DNA from: Macrostomum hystrix
Taxonomy: Eukaryota > Animalia > Platyhelminthes
Direction: 5' to 3'
Assembly (NCBI GenBank): GCA_950097015.1
Contig: CATNEN010000038.1
Span: 14,446,001-14,510,000 of the forward strand
Length of the DNA: 64,000 bases
Shown: piece after piece, positions 1 through 12,032 of the stretch
Numbering within the stretch: position 1 is the stretch's first letter
Layout: the number at the start of each line of letters is the position of its first letter
The notes under the pieces: generated by a model
What the model was told of the DNA's origin: nothing
The model's input: the letters and a program-made list of their open reading frames with translations, nothing else
Databases searched by the model: none
Position numbers and translations under genes: made by a program

Positions 1-571
1 GCTTGCTCGTAGGCTCTTTTAGCTTGCAGAAAGCGACATTCATCCATGCATTAAATAACCATGAACACAAAACCATTAAGTGGCTTTTTTCCTGTCTCAA
101 ACAGCTTCTGCTCCAACGGTTATTACTCAGTGTGCGAGCAGAGGAGGCACTCCTTCGCCGCCTCTGGGCCCTCCATTTTCAATCGTCAAACTGATATTCA
201 AATCGACGCTGCCAATGTCCATGCACTGCAGCTGGGACTCGCTTACACTGCGCTCAGCTGTGCCGAAACAGCCTTGACTGCAAGGCCTTCCTCTAGAAGA
301 CAACTCAAGCCAGGTGCCACCACATCAACTTCGCGCTGGCTTCGATTGAGGCCGAGTTCAACTCGACTGACTGGGAGATGTTTGTTCGCTGAGCGCTGAA
401 AATGCCAGTATAAGTAAGAAAGTAAGTAAGTAAGAAAAGGGCAGGCAGGTAGGAGGGCTTTTCCATAAAAATACTTTAATTAATGCATAACTGATTAGGC
501 TTTAACTTTTTTGGACGGATCTAGACTTAAAAACATACTCTTTTGTCACAAAGGCGCCTCAGAGCGTGTCC

Positions 572-1470
572 TATTGCTTTTGTCGCGCTATGTGGAACAG
601 TGGACATGAAAAACGGAATGGCCCATGGAATTCTATGGCCGAGCGTTTGAATTCACACGAGAAAGAAGCCATAGACAACTCAAATTGTCATGCTACGAGT
701 ATGTGGAACGATGAGCCAGAATAGAAGGAACGATTTTAGCTTTTATTTGTAGAAAGTATAAAAGCAAGCAGAAGCAGAATTGCATTCAAGTGAATCTTAT
801 TATAAGTCTGAAATTGAAGCATCAGTTACAAAATTTGAACCCCTAAAACAGATGTCGCTGCAAACACAATCGAAACAATCGATTGCAGCGCGGCTCCCAG
901 CCAGCGCACTTGTCAGCAGTGATTGCTTGACCAACAGCTTCAGTCGCCTCTCGTTCAAGTAGTATGAATCTCCACTGCTCAAGTAACACTCCTTCTGGTG
1001 GAAATTGCTCATCTTCAACTATGCCGGCTTCCGCCAAACGGTTTTTTGAGATTTGAATTCAACGCAGAGTTAGTAAATTCGGTCGGGTTTAGAAATGGTG
1101 AATACGGGGGTAGGATTCGTGTCGTAATTCTGTCCCGATGGTTCTCTCGGATCTCCACATTACGATGAAAATTTGGGCCATCCATAAAAATTATCCAGTT
1201 TCCGGTAGGGTCCAGTTGATGGCAGCGGTCTGCTAGGTGGTCTAAAAATTCTTGAAACATTTGCTGCGTTTGGCCAAGAAAATGAAAGCGTGTTGTCTCT
1301 GTGAAAAACTAAAATCGTTCCTTCTATTCTGGCTCATCGTTCCACATAGCATGACAATTTGAGTTGTCTATGGCTTCTTTCTCATGTGAATTCAAACGCT
1401 TGGCCATAGAATTCCATGGGCCGTTCCGTTTTGCATGTCCACTGTTCCACATAGCGCGACAAAAGCAATA
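572..1470 (-). mobile_element. Internally deleted Tc1/IS630-like DNA transposon (element 1) with ~165-bp terminal inverted repeats
   Basis: 572-739 (tattgcttttgtcgcgctatgtggaacag...gaacgattttag) is the reverse complement of ~1309-1470. The interior minus-strand ORF 1015-1260 has the DDE C-terminal motifs IIFMDGPNFH and LPPYSPFLNPTE, frameshifted into 843-1037. TA at both ends. Confidence 0.85.
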
Positions 1471-2521
1471 CTCTAGCATTTTGCAGGCTAGTAGAGAAAA
1501 CAAGCAAGCAATTAAATAATCGATGACAAAGTCAGTGGAATTTTTTACACTCTGTGGTCAAAGCCATGTGCATTCCTGCAACCAAATAAATAATGTGAGC
1601 ACGCAATTCATAAGTCATCAGTTCTTGTGTTTCTTCAGCTCGAAATGGACGCAATCGACATCGAGGAAGATGACATTTTTAAGGAGGATGGAGACAGCTC
1701 TGTCACAGCGGAGGACGCAGTTCAGGCGGCGGCAGCACGTGGTCCGTACTCCAAGATAAGCAACGAAAAATATGAACTGATAGTCAGTGCGCTTGAGCGA
1801 GGGGACAGTGCTGTGCAGATTTCGAGGTTTTTTAATGTAAAGGTACCAACTGTGTATACTATCCAACGGCGCTACGAGCTGACGGGACGTCGTGATCGAC
1901 TTAAGTCATGCAGCTGCCGCCGTACTCACCATTTTTGAATCCGACTGAGAGTGCGCACTCCTGTCTGAAGGCGACAATAAAACGTCAGTTGTCTTTGCCC
2001 CAAGTTCAGCTCGAACTTGACAATCCCTCACCACAGACAACACTATGCGAGTGGCGAATTCTTGTTCTTCAGAGAATCGCAGAGGAAGCAACTTCCGAAA
2101 TCACACCGGTAAAATGTGGAAGATGGTTTCGGAATGCACTCCGCTTCATCCCTAGATGTGTCGCGGGAGAAGACATCGTTTGATTTCTGCCATATATCGG
2201 ACAGCTTCACTGAAGGAAATCTTTTTCGAGTTTCATTTTGTACTTTTCCCTGGGTTTTGCGTACAAGTTTTTCATATGTTTCGTCATATTAAATAGTCAC
2301 TTTTTGTACCACACCATTTAGCTTCTTAAATATACAGCATCACAGTTAGCTGTCGAATGTTTGCTAAGCATTGAGAATTGATGAATTGCGTGCTCACATT
2401 ATTTATTTGGTTGCAGGAATGCACATGGCTTTGACCATAGAGTGTAAAAAATTCCACTGACTTTGTCATTGATTTTTTAATTGCTTGTTTGTTTTCTCTA
2501 CTAGCCTGCAAAATGCTATAG
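1471..2521 (+). mobile_element. Internally deleted Tc1/IS630-like DNA transposon (element 2) with ~140-bp TIRs and TA target duplication
   Basis: 1471-1611 (ctctagcattttgcaggctagtagag...gcaattcat) is inverted at ~2381-2521, flanked by TA (1469-70, 2522-23). An HTH-like N-terminus (QISRFFNVKVPTVYTIQRRY) is joined directly to the C-terminal LPPYSPFLNPTE segment, so the catalytic core is deleted. Confidence 0.88.
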
Positions 2522-4274
2522 TATACATGCCTGCTAATTAAACCTATTACGCTGAAAAAGCTACTTAAAGAGACGACTTAAACTGTTGTCATGGTGCTGG
2601 AACTCTTTGATTAGTTATTCATTTCTAAAAGGGAAAAAGAATTAACCAGCAAACTGAATTAATTTGAATGCTCTTTCTCTCAGTATAACTTAATTTTTTG
2701 CCTGCAGGCTTGTCTCTTTAATTTTAACTTTAGCAATCCATATTTGTACCATTTTTGCTTGGATCAGGGCACTAAAAGTATTAAGCAACTAGTAAGACTT
2801 TTAGGCCTGCACTCACACAAAGACGTTAAACTGCTGTCAGAAAAGGAGCTAAGCCTCACCATACCGACGCCTCGTGGTCATGGGTTGTCTTGCTCATGGC
2901 TGGGACATCAGTCCTATGTTTGCTGCGCCCTTCATTCTGTAGCCCACTGTTGTCAGTCGTCCTCGAGACCAATTTTAGATCGTGTAGACTATAAGCTCCG
3001 TATCGATTTTTGTTCCGGGGAGGTTGCCAAAAGAGGCTTGACAAGCGATCCTAGAGACCACGACGGTTGAGATACTTCGTTGGCCGGCGAAGGTCTGCGA
3101 AAGGGGTCTTGGCCAGGAAAAGAGATGATTAGACAAGAAACGACTGTGAGAGATTAGCTATTGATAATACCTATTAAAGTAGCCAGTAATGAATCTGAAA
3201 GCTAAAGTAGTAAAAGCGGTCGCGAGATAGAAAACGGCAGTTTCAAAGAGTCACACTAAGATTGGTTGGCGAGGACTGCGCTGGGCTATGGCTGTAATAA
3301 TCAATATTCAATGGTTACAGTAGGCCTGTACGCACTGGTCCAGATGATGCAACAACAACAATAATATAAGTTGCGAGGCACGAACGTCGAAACGTATGGA
3401 CTCGGTGCGGATAATGTGGCGTGCTAGCTGGTGTCGCCGACGACGCAGGAACTCACTTGGACGGGGCAGAACTGATCTGTCTTACAGCTGGGGCTCGCTA
3501 GAGGTGAGCGTCATTGTCTCCCACCCACCTGTTGTCTCTACTTACCCACATAATTTATAACAGTAGACTCGAAGCCTTCGAAACAATTAAGACCATTCCA
3601 ATGACTCCTGGAGGTTGTAGCCTTGTGGTCAGAGCTCCGGACTCATGACTTTAGTACGAGCGTAACTAAATGGTGAGATTAGTATTAATGAGAGTAGAGA
3701 CAGTAATATTGAGAGTGTAACATTACAGTAGAGAATATTAAAGAGAGAGCCAGCTGTAGCAAATAGACACACGAAGTGCTTCTATTTGTCTGTCGATCTG
3801 TCAATCGTGAAAAGCTGAAGCCTATTATTTACATTTGAGATTGGGAGCATTCAGAGATACCACGATTACCTCATGAAATTTGCAAATAATTATTTAAATG
3901 GATGGAGGTAAGGATGAGAATAGTGAGTTGCTAGTGACACAAAATTGGCTTGTCTTATAGCAAATAGTTTTTAGTATATAATCGATTGCTCACACGAGCG
4001 TATTGTATCGCATGATTAGCTATAAACTCAACTCACGCACTGCAAACATTACATTATGCTTGCATTGTAAATTATAGTCCAGCACTAAAATAATTGCATG
4101 CAAACAATATGATGACAATCGAAACTGTCTAATCTGAATAAAAAGCATGCAAGCACATGCAATGCAATCTTTCGAAAATTTCCTTTTTGTACAAACAGAG
4201 TATATGACCAGACAGGCACTGAATTTCATTCAAGATAGTCGATCTTGAGATCGGTAATCGAACTCCTGGCAGGC

Positions 4275-5888
4275 ATGCTCGTCGCAGCTTTAGCAAAGTT
4301 TGCAAGAGAGTCCACAACTCACGGCTTGCCCCGAATCACAGGGGACAGGCCGAGTTACGTCAAGGCATTCTGGCTTATCCTGTTCCTGTGCGCGTTGACG
4401 CTCAGTGCATTGCAGATTCGAGCAGCGTTTCAGAGTTATTCCAATGGAAACCTGAAGACAAGCATCCGTGCGGACGAGCTGGACTTTGAGTTCCCTGATA
4501 TTTACATCTGCAACCGAAGCCCGATATCTGGCAGCTACTCCGTGACGCTCAGTGCACAGGACAGCGCTCTTTTGAAGCACTTTAAACGCATTGTAAATGA
4601 AAGCCTAGCGGGAATCAGCACCAATGATACTGACATGCTGGCTAACAACTACGCCATCCGACTAGTAAACACCCTGCCCTACCAGTTTCTGTTCGACAAG
4701 ATGGGTCTGAGGGCCAGCCAGCTGATTGTACAGTACTACTTCAACGGAAACGTGTCACCCAGGTTGCGAACTCTAAGACATCCCGAGCTGCTAAATTGCT
4801 TCGTTTCTTCCTTTACCGACTCTGAAATACGATCTTTACAGAATCCGACTAGCTTTCTGCAGATCGGTCTGTTTCTTGACCCATTGCTTCCAGCGCCGTT
4901 TGACAACTCAACAGAGGAAGACAGTTTTTCGACATCTGGATTTAGCATTAACATAAAGCCAACTGATTGGGACTTTAACTTTGGCTTTAAGCCGACTGCT
5001 TCTGACGGCTTTCACCTGTTCATAGTACCGAGAGGGCAGCAACTCAACAACTTGGCAGCATCGCTTGTCGTTGGACCAGCCCAGAGCCACAAGCTTGTTA
5101 TTAAGATGCAGGACACGGTCTATGACGATGAAGTCAGCAGCAGATGCTTCGATGAAAAACGTGACGACCAGACTGAGGAGTTTCTCGACCCGTACACGCA
5201 GGAGAAACTGAGATTAAGCAGCTTCCAATCTGTCTGCAGGTACCGGGAGATTGTCCGGATGTCAGATGAACGGTTTAAATGCATTTTTTGGAGAGTTCCA
5301 GTACCATGGGAGTATCGACTAGTGCCGTCGTGTTTTAATCTAACACAATTACCAAAAGGAATAATCTTCAATGATTGGTTCATTCGAGAAAGAGAGGAAA
5401 TATTGTTCAACGCAACGGAACTGTGCATGGCAAAAGCTGCGTGTAGGCGGCGCTCGTACAGCTACGATTACTCGTCTAGTCGTTGGCCCACTGAGAGAGC
5501 GTGGAACAATTTCCTGCGTAGCTTCATCGCTCAAATAAGTTTGAACAGCGGTGGAACTACGCCTGGTTTTTCTTACCTAGCCAACAATGCGACTTTCGAG
5601 CAGGCGAGCAAATCGCTCATTCTCCTTGAGCTGGCCGCCGCAGAGTTTCGCAGCCAGGAGGTTCGTCTGTCCTTGGCGTACGGCTTCGGCTCGTTGACAG
5701 CCGACGTTGGCGGACTGCTGGGACTTTTCCTGGGCATGTCAATTTTGTCCGCGATGGAGCTTCTGGAACTGCTGCGCGACTGCTGTCTGGTGGCCTGGGG
5801 GCGGCTGCAAACGCCTATTGAGAAAATAACCACAATATCTGAGACTAACTGCTACAAGACTAGCGTTTCGAATTCCGATGCCGTATAG
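4275..5888 (+). CDS. Intronless DEG/ENaC (amiloride-sensitive sodium channel family) subunit, 537 aa from the ATG at 4275
   Basis: N-terminal STTHG motif, TM1 (FWLILFLCALTLSAL), FPDIYICN post-TM1 motif, Cys-rich ectodomain, and TM2 ADVGGLLGLFLGMSILS with a GxS filter. Uninterrupted ORF. Confidence 0.93.
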   Translation: MLVAALAKFARESTTHGLPRITGDRPSYVKAFWLILFLCALTLSALQIRAAFQSYSNGNLKTSIRADELDFEFPDIYICNRSPISGSYSVTLSAQDSALLKHFKRIVNESLAGISTNDTDMLANNYAIRLVNTLPYQFLFDKMGLRASQLIVQYYFNGNVSPRLRTLRHPELLNCFVSSFTDSEIRSLQNPTSFLQIGLFLDPLLPAPFDNSTEEDSFSTSGFSINIKPTDWDFNFGFKPTASDGFHLFIVPRGQQLNNLAASLVVGPAQSHKLVIKMQDTVYDDEVSSRCFDEKRDDQTEEFLDPYTQEKLRLSSFQSVCRYREIVRMSDERFKCIFWRVPVPWEYRLVPSCFNLTQLPKGIIFNDWFIREREEILFNATELCMAKAACRRRSYSYDYSSSRWPTERAWNNFLRSFIAQISLNSGGTTPGFSYLANNATFEQASKSLILLELAAAEFRSQEVRLSLAYGFGSLTADVGGLLGLFLGMSILSAMELLELLRDCCLVAWGRLQTPIEKITTISETNCYKTSVSNSDAV

Positions 5889-6986
5889 AAAAGCTAGTCT
5901 GTTAGTCGATTGGGTCAGTCAGGTGGTTATCTATTTGCCGATTGGGTCAGTCAGGTGGTTATCTATTTGCCGATTGGGTCAGTCAGGTGGTAAGGGTCAG
6001 TCAGGTGGTATTCTAGGAGTATTAGATATTTTTCGTAGCACAAACGCTTGTGAACTGGTTAGTTCTGATGCAAACTGAATAAACGTGGCTGACACTACTC
6101 AGTTGAATAAACAGCCAAGTAGTCTCGGTGGCAAGTAAAAAATATTCTGGCCTTATTTGTCCATCCTAAGCTACTACAAAATAATTAAAAGTAAACTATC
6201 ACTACCACTACCGTCTGATTGTTTCAAAGCGCTATTGTTTAAAGACAAGCCTTCCTTCTCGTCATTTGAAAATATCGAAAGCTACACTAGACACTGGTTA
6301 GACAGTGAGCAGAGGGCACAGGTTATCAATAAGAGCCCACCAATCGTAGTCTCACTGATTTGCTGCTGTGCACAAGCTTTTTTCGTGGTTGAATCTAAAG
6401 TTTAAAAAAGTCTTCTAGAGACAGATTTTTTGGCTTTTTTGCGTCTCTGAAATAAGGTTCTCTTGATTGAAAATTATTAGAAAAAGAACAACCGAAGTAA
6501 TGCACGGGTTTCAAATCAGTGCTTCGAAAATTGACGGCTTCATCACTGTAAAATGTAATCCAGAGACTTCTTATCAGAATGCAAGTGGATTCTTTAGTCA
6601 GGGCAGCATAAAATGGCGTGAAAATAAATATAGAGTGCAGGTAATTTGCTTCAGATTCTAATTATAGAACTTCCATAGTTGCTATTTAAGAGATGCCTGG
6701 TATTGGGGTACCACCTTGTAAGGATTTCCCTAGCCATGAAAGTGAACTTGTTTTTCGCTTCTAAAGCGAAAATGTACAGAATCTATACACAACAACAAGC
6801 ATGAAAGTGCAGGTATATAGAGCTATATACAGGTATATAGATATATAATTCTTCGATATATAATTCTTCGATATATAATTCTTCCGATGAGAAGTGAAGA
6901 TTTAAACTTCTCCACTGAAAATCGACTTCCGAAACACTGACTGTTTAAAATGTTTAATGATTCTCCTTTAAATTGTAGGTATATGT

Positions 6987-9477
6987 TATCACCCACTTTT
7001 TTTATTTATTTTGGCCGGGAACGGCTGAAGACTCGTTTATTGGCCGAGGCGCCTCGGCCAAGAAACGATGTCCGAAGACGTTTTCGGCCATAGATAAGTC
7101 AAACAAGTGGGTGATAATGTATTTATTCCACAGTTGAAGCCAGATAATTGTCACCGGACCAGATAAATGTTTATCTGTCCCGGCAAGATAAATTTCAACG
7201 GCCAAATAAATAAATTTATCTGGTCTATGGGCCAATCCAACTGGGGAATATACCATCAATACCCATGCTTTAAGGGCGTTAATGGAAAATCAGAGGGCGC
7301 CGTCAGGCGCCCGAGGATTTTTCATTGACGCCCGCAAAGCTTGGGTATCAATTTTATTGTACCATAGACGTTTTTGCCCAAGCTATACTTTCAGAGTCAG
7401 ATACAGGGGTGTGGGGGCAGAGCCCCCACTTCGGGGTGTGGGGGCAGAGCCCCCACTTCGGGGTGTGGGGGCGAAGCCCCCACCCACTACCATAGACTAT
7501 TTTACTAGAAAGTCAAATCGTACGCTGAGCCTTGTTTCTCTCTCCTTTTCACCACTCAGCGGACCTTTATTCTATCTACAGTATCTCTCTCTCATTTCTT
7601 TCTCTCCCTCTTGGTGCGTGATAAGCTATGCCATAGACTAAAACTGCACGAAGTCTGAACAAGTTGATGAGGGAAAGGAAAACTAAGGCTAGCTCAGAAA
7701 TTTCTTTCCTTCAAATCTCCACTGAGCCATGATCAACTACGACGGAATAGTGGAAGGCGAGATTGTAGGCTTGTCCACTGATGAATTGCGCTTCGTCACT
7801 GATGAATCGGTCAACCGCTCCGGAGATACTGCGATATCTCAATTCACCGGACTCGTGACTCTCGACGCAAGCTTCGTCGAGCAGTTTATGCTGGGATTGT
7901 CAGATTATCCGGAGTTAAGCGAGAGCGACGTACAAGAGATTTCGAAATTTCGAAATTGGAGAATGATTGCGCTGTGCGATCTACCGAGAAGCAGACCAGG
8001 ATCTACTCTGAGAAGGTGAAGGCCTTTCTAGCTGAGCGAGGTTTGTCAACTGACCTCGAGAGCATGCCGCCAAGATACGTGTGTCACTATCTCCGTTTGT
8101 TTTTCTCTACTCTCAAGAAGCCCGATGGCACTGCTTACAGTTGTAGCACACTTGTGTGCATAAGGGCTGCAATTCATCGTTTCCTACTGGAAAAGCGAGG
8201 TATGCCGCTCATTGGAAATCCGGATTTTTTTGAGCTGGATAAGACCTTCAAAGCTGCCGTAACGTACTCGCTGAAGCAACCGACGTCTGTTGTTGGCGGT
8301 GAGGCCGGATATCCAGCAATAGACAGCGAGGACATGTCTAAGCTGCACGTGTACTTCACCAGAGCAGATCCAAAGAGGCTCCAGTATGAGGTGCTGTTTC
8401 TCATCGTGTTCCACTTTGGATTTAGAGGTCGGGAGTGGATCCGAGCTTTGATGAAAAATGACGTTATAGTGAAGCGACGCGACGGACATGTCGAATATGT
8501 CGATTTAGTGAAGGAGAAGAAGGAGAAGAATGTTTCCGCCAAGAGTGCCAGCACCAGGAAGGAAATCGGTATCTTTCCGGTGAGCGATAAGGCCGTATGC
8601 CCCGTTGAGGCATTCACTCTCTACCTAGAGAAGCTTCCTAGCGACAACCCGAACCTGTTCCCAAGACCGAGGGCCAACTGGACGGGCGGCGACTGGTTCT
8701 GCAGGAAGGAGGTCTTGGGTAAGAACACGCTCGCCGGATTTATGAAGGTTCTCTCCCAGGAAGCTGGTCTCGGTTGGTCGTACACAAATCACTGCATTCG
8801 TGCGACTACAATTACTACTCTGTCGGAGCAAGGCTTCAGTGCGGAACAAATTCAGGCCGTCTCGGGGCACAAGAGACTGGAGAACGTGATCCGGTACACC
8901 AAGCGAGTGTCAATGGATCAAAAGCGTCTGCTGTCAACGTCCATGACTTCTGGCTTGCACGGAAGCACCAGCACGCTAGAAGAAGCAACTCCCGCTAAGC
9001 GGATCACTGCAGAGCAGGATGAGACATTGGAGGCAAGCGACATAGCGGCCAGAGAACCCACGATTGTCCTGGAGAAAAACGGGGTAAAGTGTTCGATCTA
9101 CTTGTAACGTGCTTTGAGCCATGACTGCGACATTGACGGCTTTGATTTACCGATTGTTTTTTACCAATCTACCGATTTACCGAAGTACCGAAAGTACTAC
9201 GCTTGTTCGTAATTTTTATTGTTGAAAGCCTAAATGTCTATCATTGTTGAACTCCAAAGCTACCTGCTTTACAATGCACTATTTTTTCACGATTTCTGTC
9301 TGGAAAAAATCGGGCAGATAATTACATTATCCGCCCGCAATTTGCGGGCAGTTAATGACGTTTGCACCATAGAGTAGACTTCGACGCATATTTATTGAAA
9401 GCGGGCTTTAATGTAGTCTATGATATTATCGGGCAGGATTAAGTGCCCGCCGGGCAAAAAGGTCATGGTACAATAAA
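6987..9477 (+). mobile_element. Crypton-like tyrosine-recombinase DNA transposon (boundaries approximate)
   Basis: Tyrosine recombinase ORF with no RT. Imperfect inverted repeat 7353-7379 (tttattgtaccatagacgtttttgccc) vs 9452-9477. Long palindromes at 6987-7117 and ~7259-7348. Confidence 0.75.
7729..9107 (+). pseudogene. Crypton-type (DUF3504-like) tyrosine recombinase, frameshifted by an 8-bp tandem duplication; 456 aa if repaired
   Basis: Catalytic set present: R (GFRGRE), HxxR (NHCIR), H (SGHKR), Y (VIRYT). ORF 7729-8019 and ORF 7956-9107 fuse in frame if one ATTTCGAA copy (7939-7946/7947-7954) is removed. Confidence 0.85.
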
Positions 9478-10320
9478 TGATTAATATGGTTGAGACATGG
9501 GGGTCGGGGAACAGAAGCAAAATTTGTAATCTTAAAATACATTTTAATTACGAGCTACTACCAAAATTGTTTCCAATATCAGAAGACCAAAATCAATCTA
9601 AAATAGGGTCAAAATAGTGCGCAGTTTGATTTAATTCGCGAGTTAAAAATGTTTACAAACAAAATTCTGTAGAAATCAGTGCGCAATTTTAATGTGCCAG
9701 TTAGACTGGAGACGACATCCAGGACTCATCAGTGCCCTGAATTGAACCAGTCGATTGAACCACTAAAATATTTTTTAGTTTATAAAGTTATCAGTTACTT
9801 AGCAGTTTATGGAACATAAACCAACAGTTTATGAACATAAATTAACTAATTTCATGATACAGAGAAAAAATATACACAGACAGAGATGAATCCTGTCGTT
9901 AAAAAATAAAAAAATTACAATAACCCTCGGATGATCATGATGACTAAGGATTATTAGGTACTTCATTGTTCAATAGGAGGTGAGCTTACGATGATACTAA
10001 ATTTAAAACGTAAACAAGTACCACTTAACCTGCTATAGACTGCTCTAGCTCACAGCATGCTTTACGGTTGAATGTGTCTTAATCTAAATGAGCAATTTTA
10101 TTTGTACAGATAACTGTATTTTTTACCGACCATTTGTTGTCGAGGCACTCGGCACCTAATATAGAAAACAGGCAAACCTGCTTTGTCTATTGCGCATTGT
10201 CTATTTATATTTCGAGGCAGTACCTTTTGGAATTTCCGAAAGGGTCATGTACTCGTACTCAACGCGCTTAGCCTGTGAGCTATGGCTACAAAACATCCTT
10301 AAATATCAGGATCAGAAAGG

Positions 10321-10565
10321 CGTTCGCCTCTCGCACCAAGGCCCCGAGCTCGATTCCGCGGCGAGGCCACATTCATTTGGGGCGCAGCCGCCGAGAGAAG
10401 GCTTGGGGGCTTGTCGTGCAATTTTCGCCCTTGAGGGCACAGTGAAGTGTACACTGACTGACGATGAGAAAGTCAGGGCAGATGCACACACCTGTGTGCG
10501 AGTGTGCTCAGGAGGCAGAATTGCCTCCTCGCTGGCTGCGGTTCTAGTGTCACCAAACGATGCGA
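10321..10565 (+). mobile_element. tRNA-derived SINE family A, 5'-truncated copy
   Basis: Matches the copy at 45553-45925 (gcgaggccacattcatttggggcgcagcc...gacgatgagaaagtcagggcagatg). Confidence 0.8.
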
Positions 10566-10848
10566 AATTGACCACAGACCTGAAAATATTATTTTTATTA
10601 ATCAAGGTAATGAATGCACGAAAAAACAACCAACTAAGGATTTCGATCCTCCAATATTGCTACGAAGCTTAAAATGTAAGATTAAAATTTAAGAAGCCAA
10701 AAATTGTTGTTTTCGGAGTTCCATCAAAGAGGTACTACCATGTAAATAATTGTATAAAAATGGGGACTATAAGAATGAGTTTCAGGAACTGCTTATCGGA
10801 AACAGGAAGTTTTTTAGTTTCCTAAAAGTTTACGACAAATAGCTAGAC

Positions 10849-12032
10849 ATGGACCAAGTGATCACAGAGACAGTTAAGCCATCCGAGGAACTCGAATGCT
10901 GCCCGGAAAAAGTAGCCGACAAATATTGTGAAGCTTGCGTGTAAGTTCTGCTGTTTTCATGGCGCATATTTTTGACCAATTGTCAGACAATGAAAGCTAC
11001 AGATTTTGCCCCGCATGCGCGCAACGCAATGAGCTCGTACTGAGCAAGCGGAAGCCAAAGCTGTTGCTCGATTTCATCTAGTGGCGTGAGCAAGAATTTT
11101 TCTAGGCTGGCCGCGATCCTGGAGGGCGCCACTACCAGGGATTATTGTATTTTATAGCGGTAACATGAAAAAAATCTGCAGAGCCAAAATCTATCTCAAA
11201 GCCTCTAAAGTGTAGATTCTTTTCAAATCTAAAGGGGGGGTCGGTGGCAGAGCGATCTATCGCGTTTGCCTTTCCCGCCGAGGTCCCTGAGCTCGATTCC
11301 GCGGCGAGGCCAAATTCATTTTGGGGCGCAGCCGCAGAGAGAAGGCTTGGGGGCTTGTCGTGCAATTTTCGCCCTTGAGGGCACAGTGAGAGTGCACACT
11401 GCCTGACGATGAGAGAAAGTCAGTGCAGATGTACACACATGTGTGAGTGTGTGCCTGCGTACGGCATCTGTGTGCGTGTGTGCTCAGGATTCAGCGGAAT
11501 GGGCAGAATTGCCACCTCTCACCAAATGATGTGCTTTTGCCTGCAGCCCTCCTGCAATTAACATTATTATTATCGCTCTACTCTAATCAAGGATGAGCTC
11601 AGCAGTAATTAATGTTCTTATTGGATGCTTACTAAGTTTGCAAACAAAAAACTGCAACCAATAATATAGCGTTGTGTAAAAAATGAAAACTGAATTCTTA
11701 AACTGCTTTCCAACAGTAATTGATATGCTCTTGTGAGTGTCATTGGCACTTGGACAATCAAACTCAGTTAAATCATTCCGATTATCTTTTTTTCAGCATC
11801 ATGTTATTGCATTGCAGTAGTGCAAAATCAGTGCTATTAGTAGCATCTTATGCTCATACAATCGAATTTCATCCGAAAGTGTTTGCAATTTATATTTTTA
11901 AACCCAATTCTCTAAATGTACTTATTTACTATTTAGCTGTCAAGCATATTGATGCATTTCAGTAAAACGAAACAGGAGGCTAGACGAAAAGGCACTCGCT
12001 GGTGCTGTTGCGTTCACCCGGAAGGCCAGTGA
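10849..12032 (+). CDS. Cys/His-rich small protein, paralogue A (single module, 53 aa); exons 10849-10940, 11963-12032: MDQVITETVKPSEELECCPEKVADKYCEACVKTKQEARRKGTRWCCCVHPEGQ
   Basis: ATG, GTAAGT donor right after C-x2-C, TTTCAG acceptor, phase-2 join, CCCxH motif and TGA. The terminal ca|gtgaga could instead be another phase-2 donor. Confidence 0.75.
11234..11573 (+). mobile_element. tRNA-derived SINE family A, near full length, in the intron of paralogue A
   Basis: Pol III A-box-like GGTGGCAGAGCG and B-box-like GCTCGATTCC head, shared body, (ATT)n tail. Confidence 0.85.

Noticed and set aside
248-3050. Possible minus-strand exons at ~2860-3050 and ~248-396 with plausible splice sites
   Set aside because: Translations have no recognisable motif and I could not build a consistent gene model; RNA data are needed.
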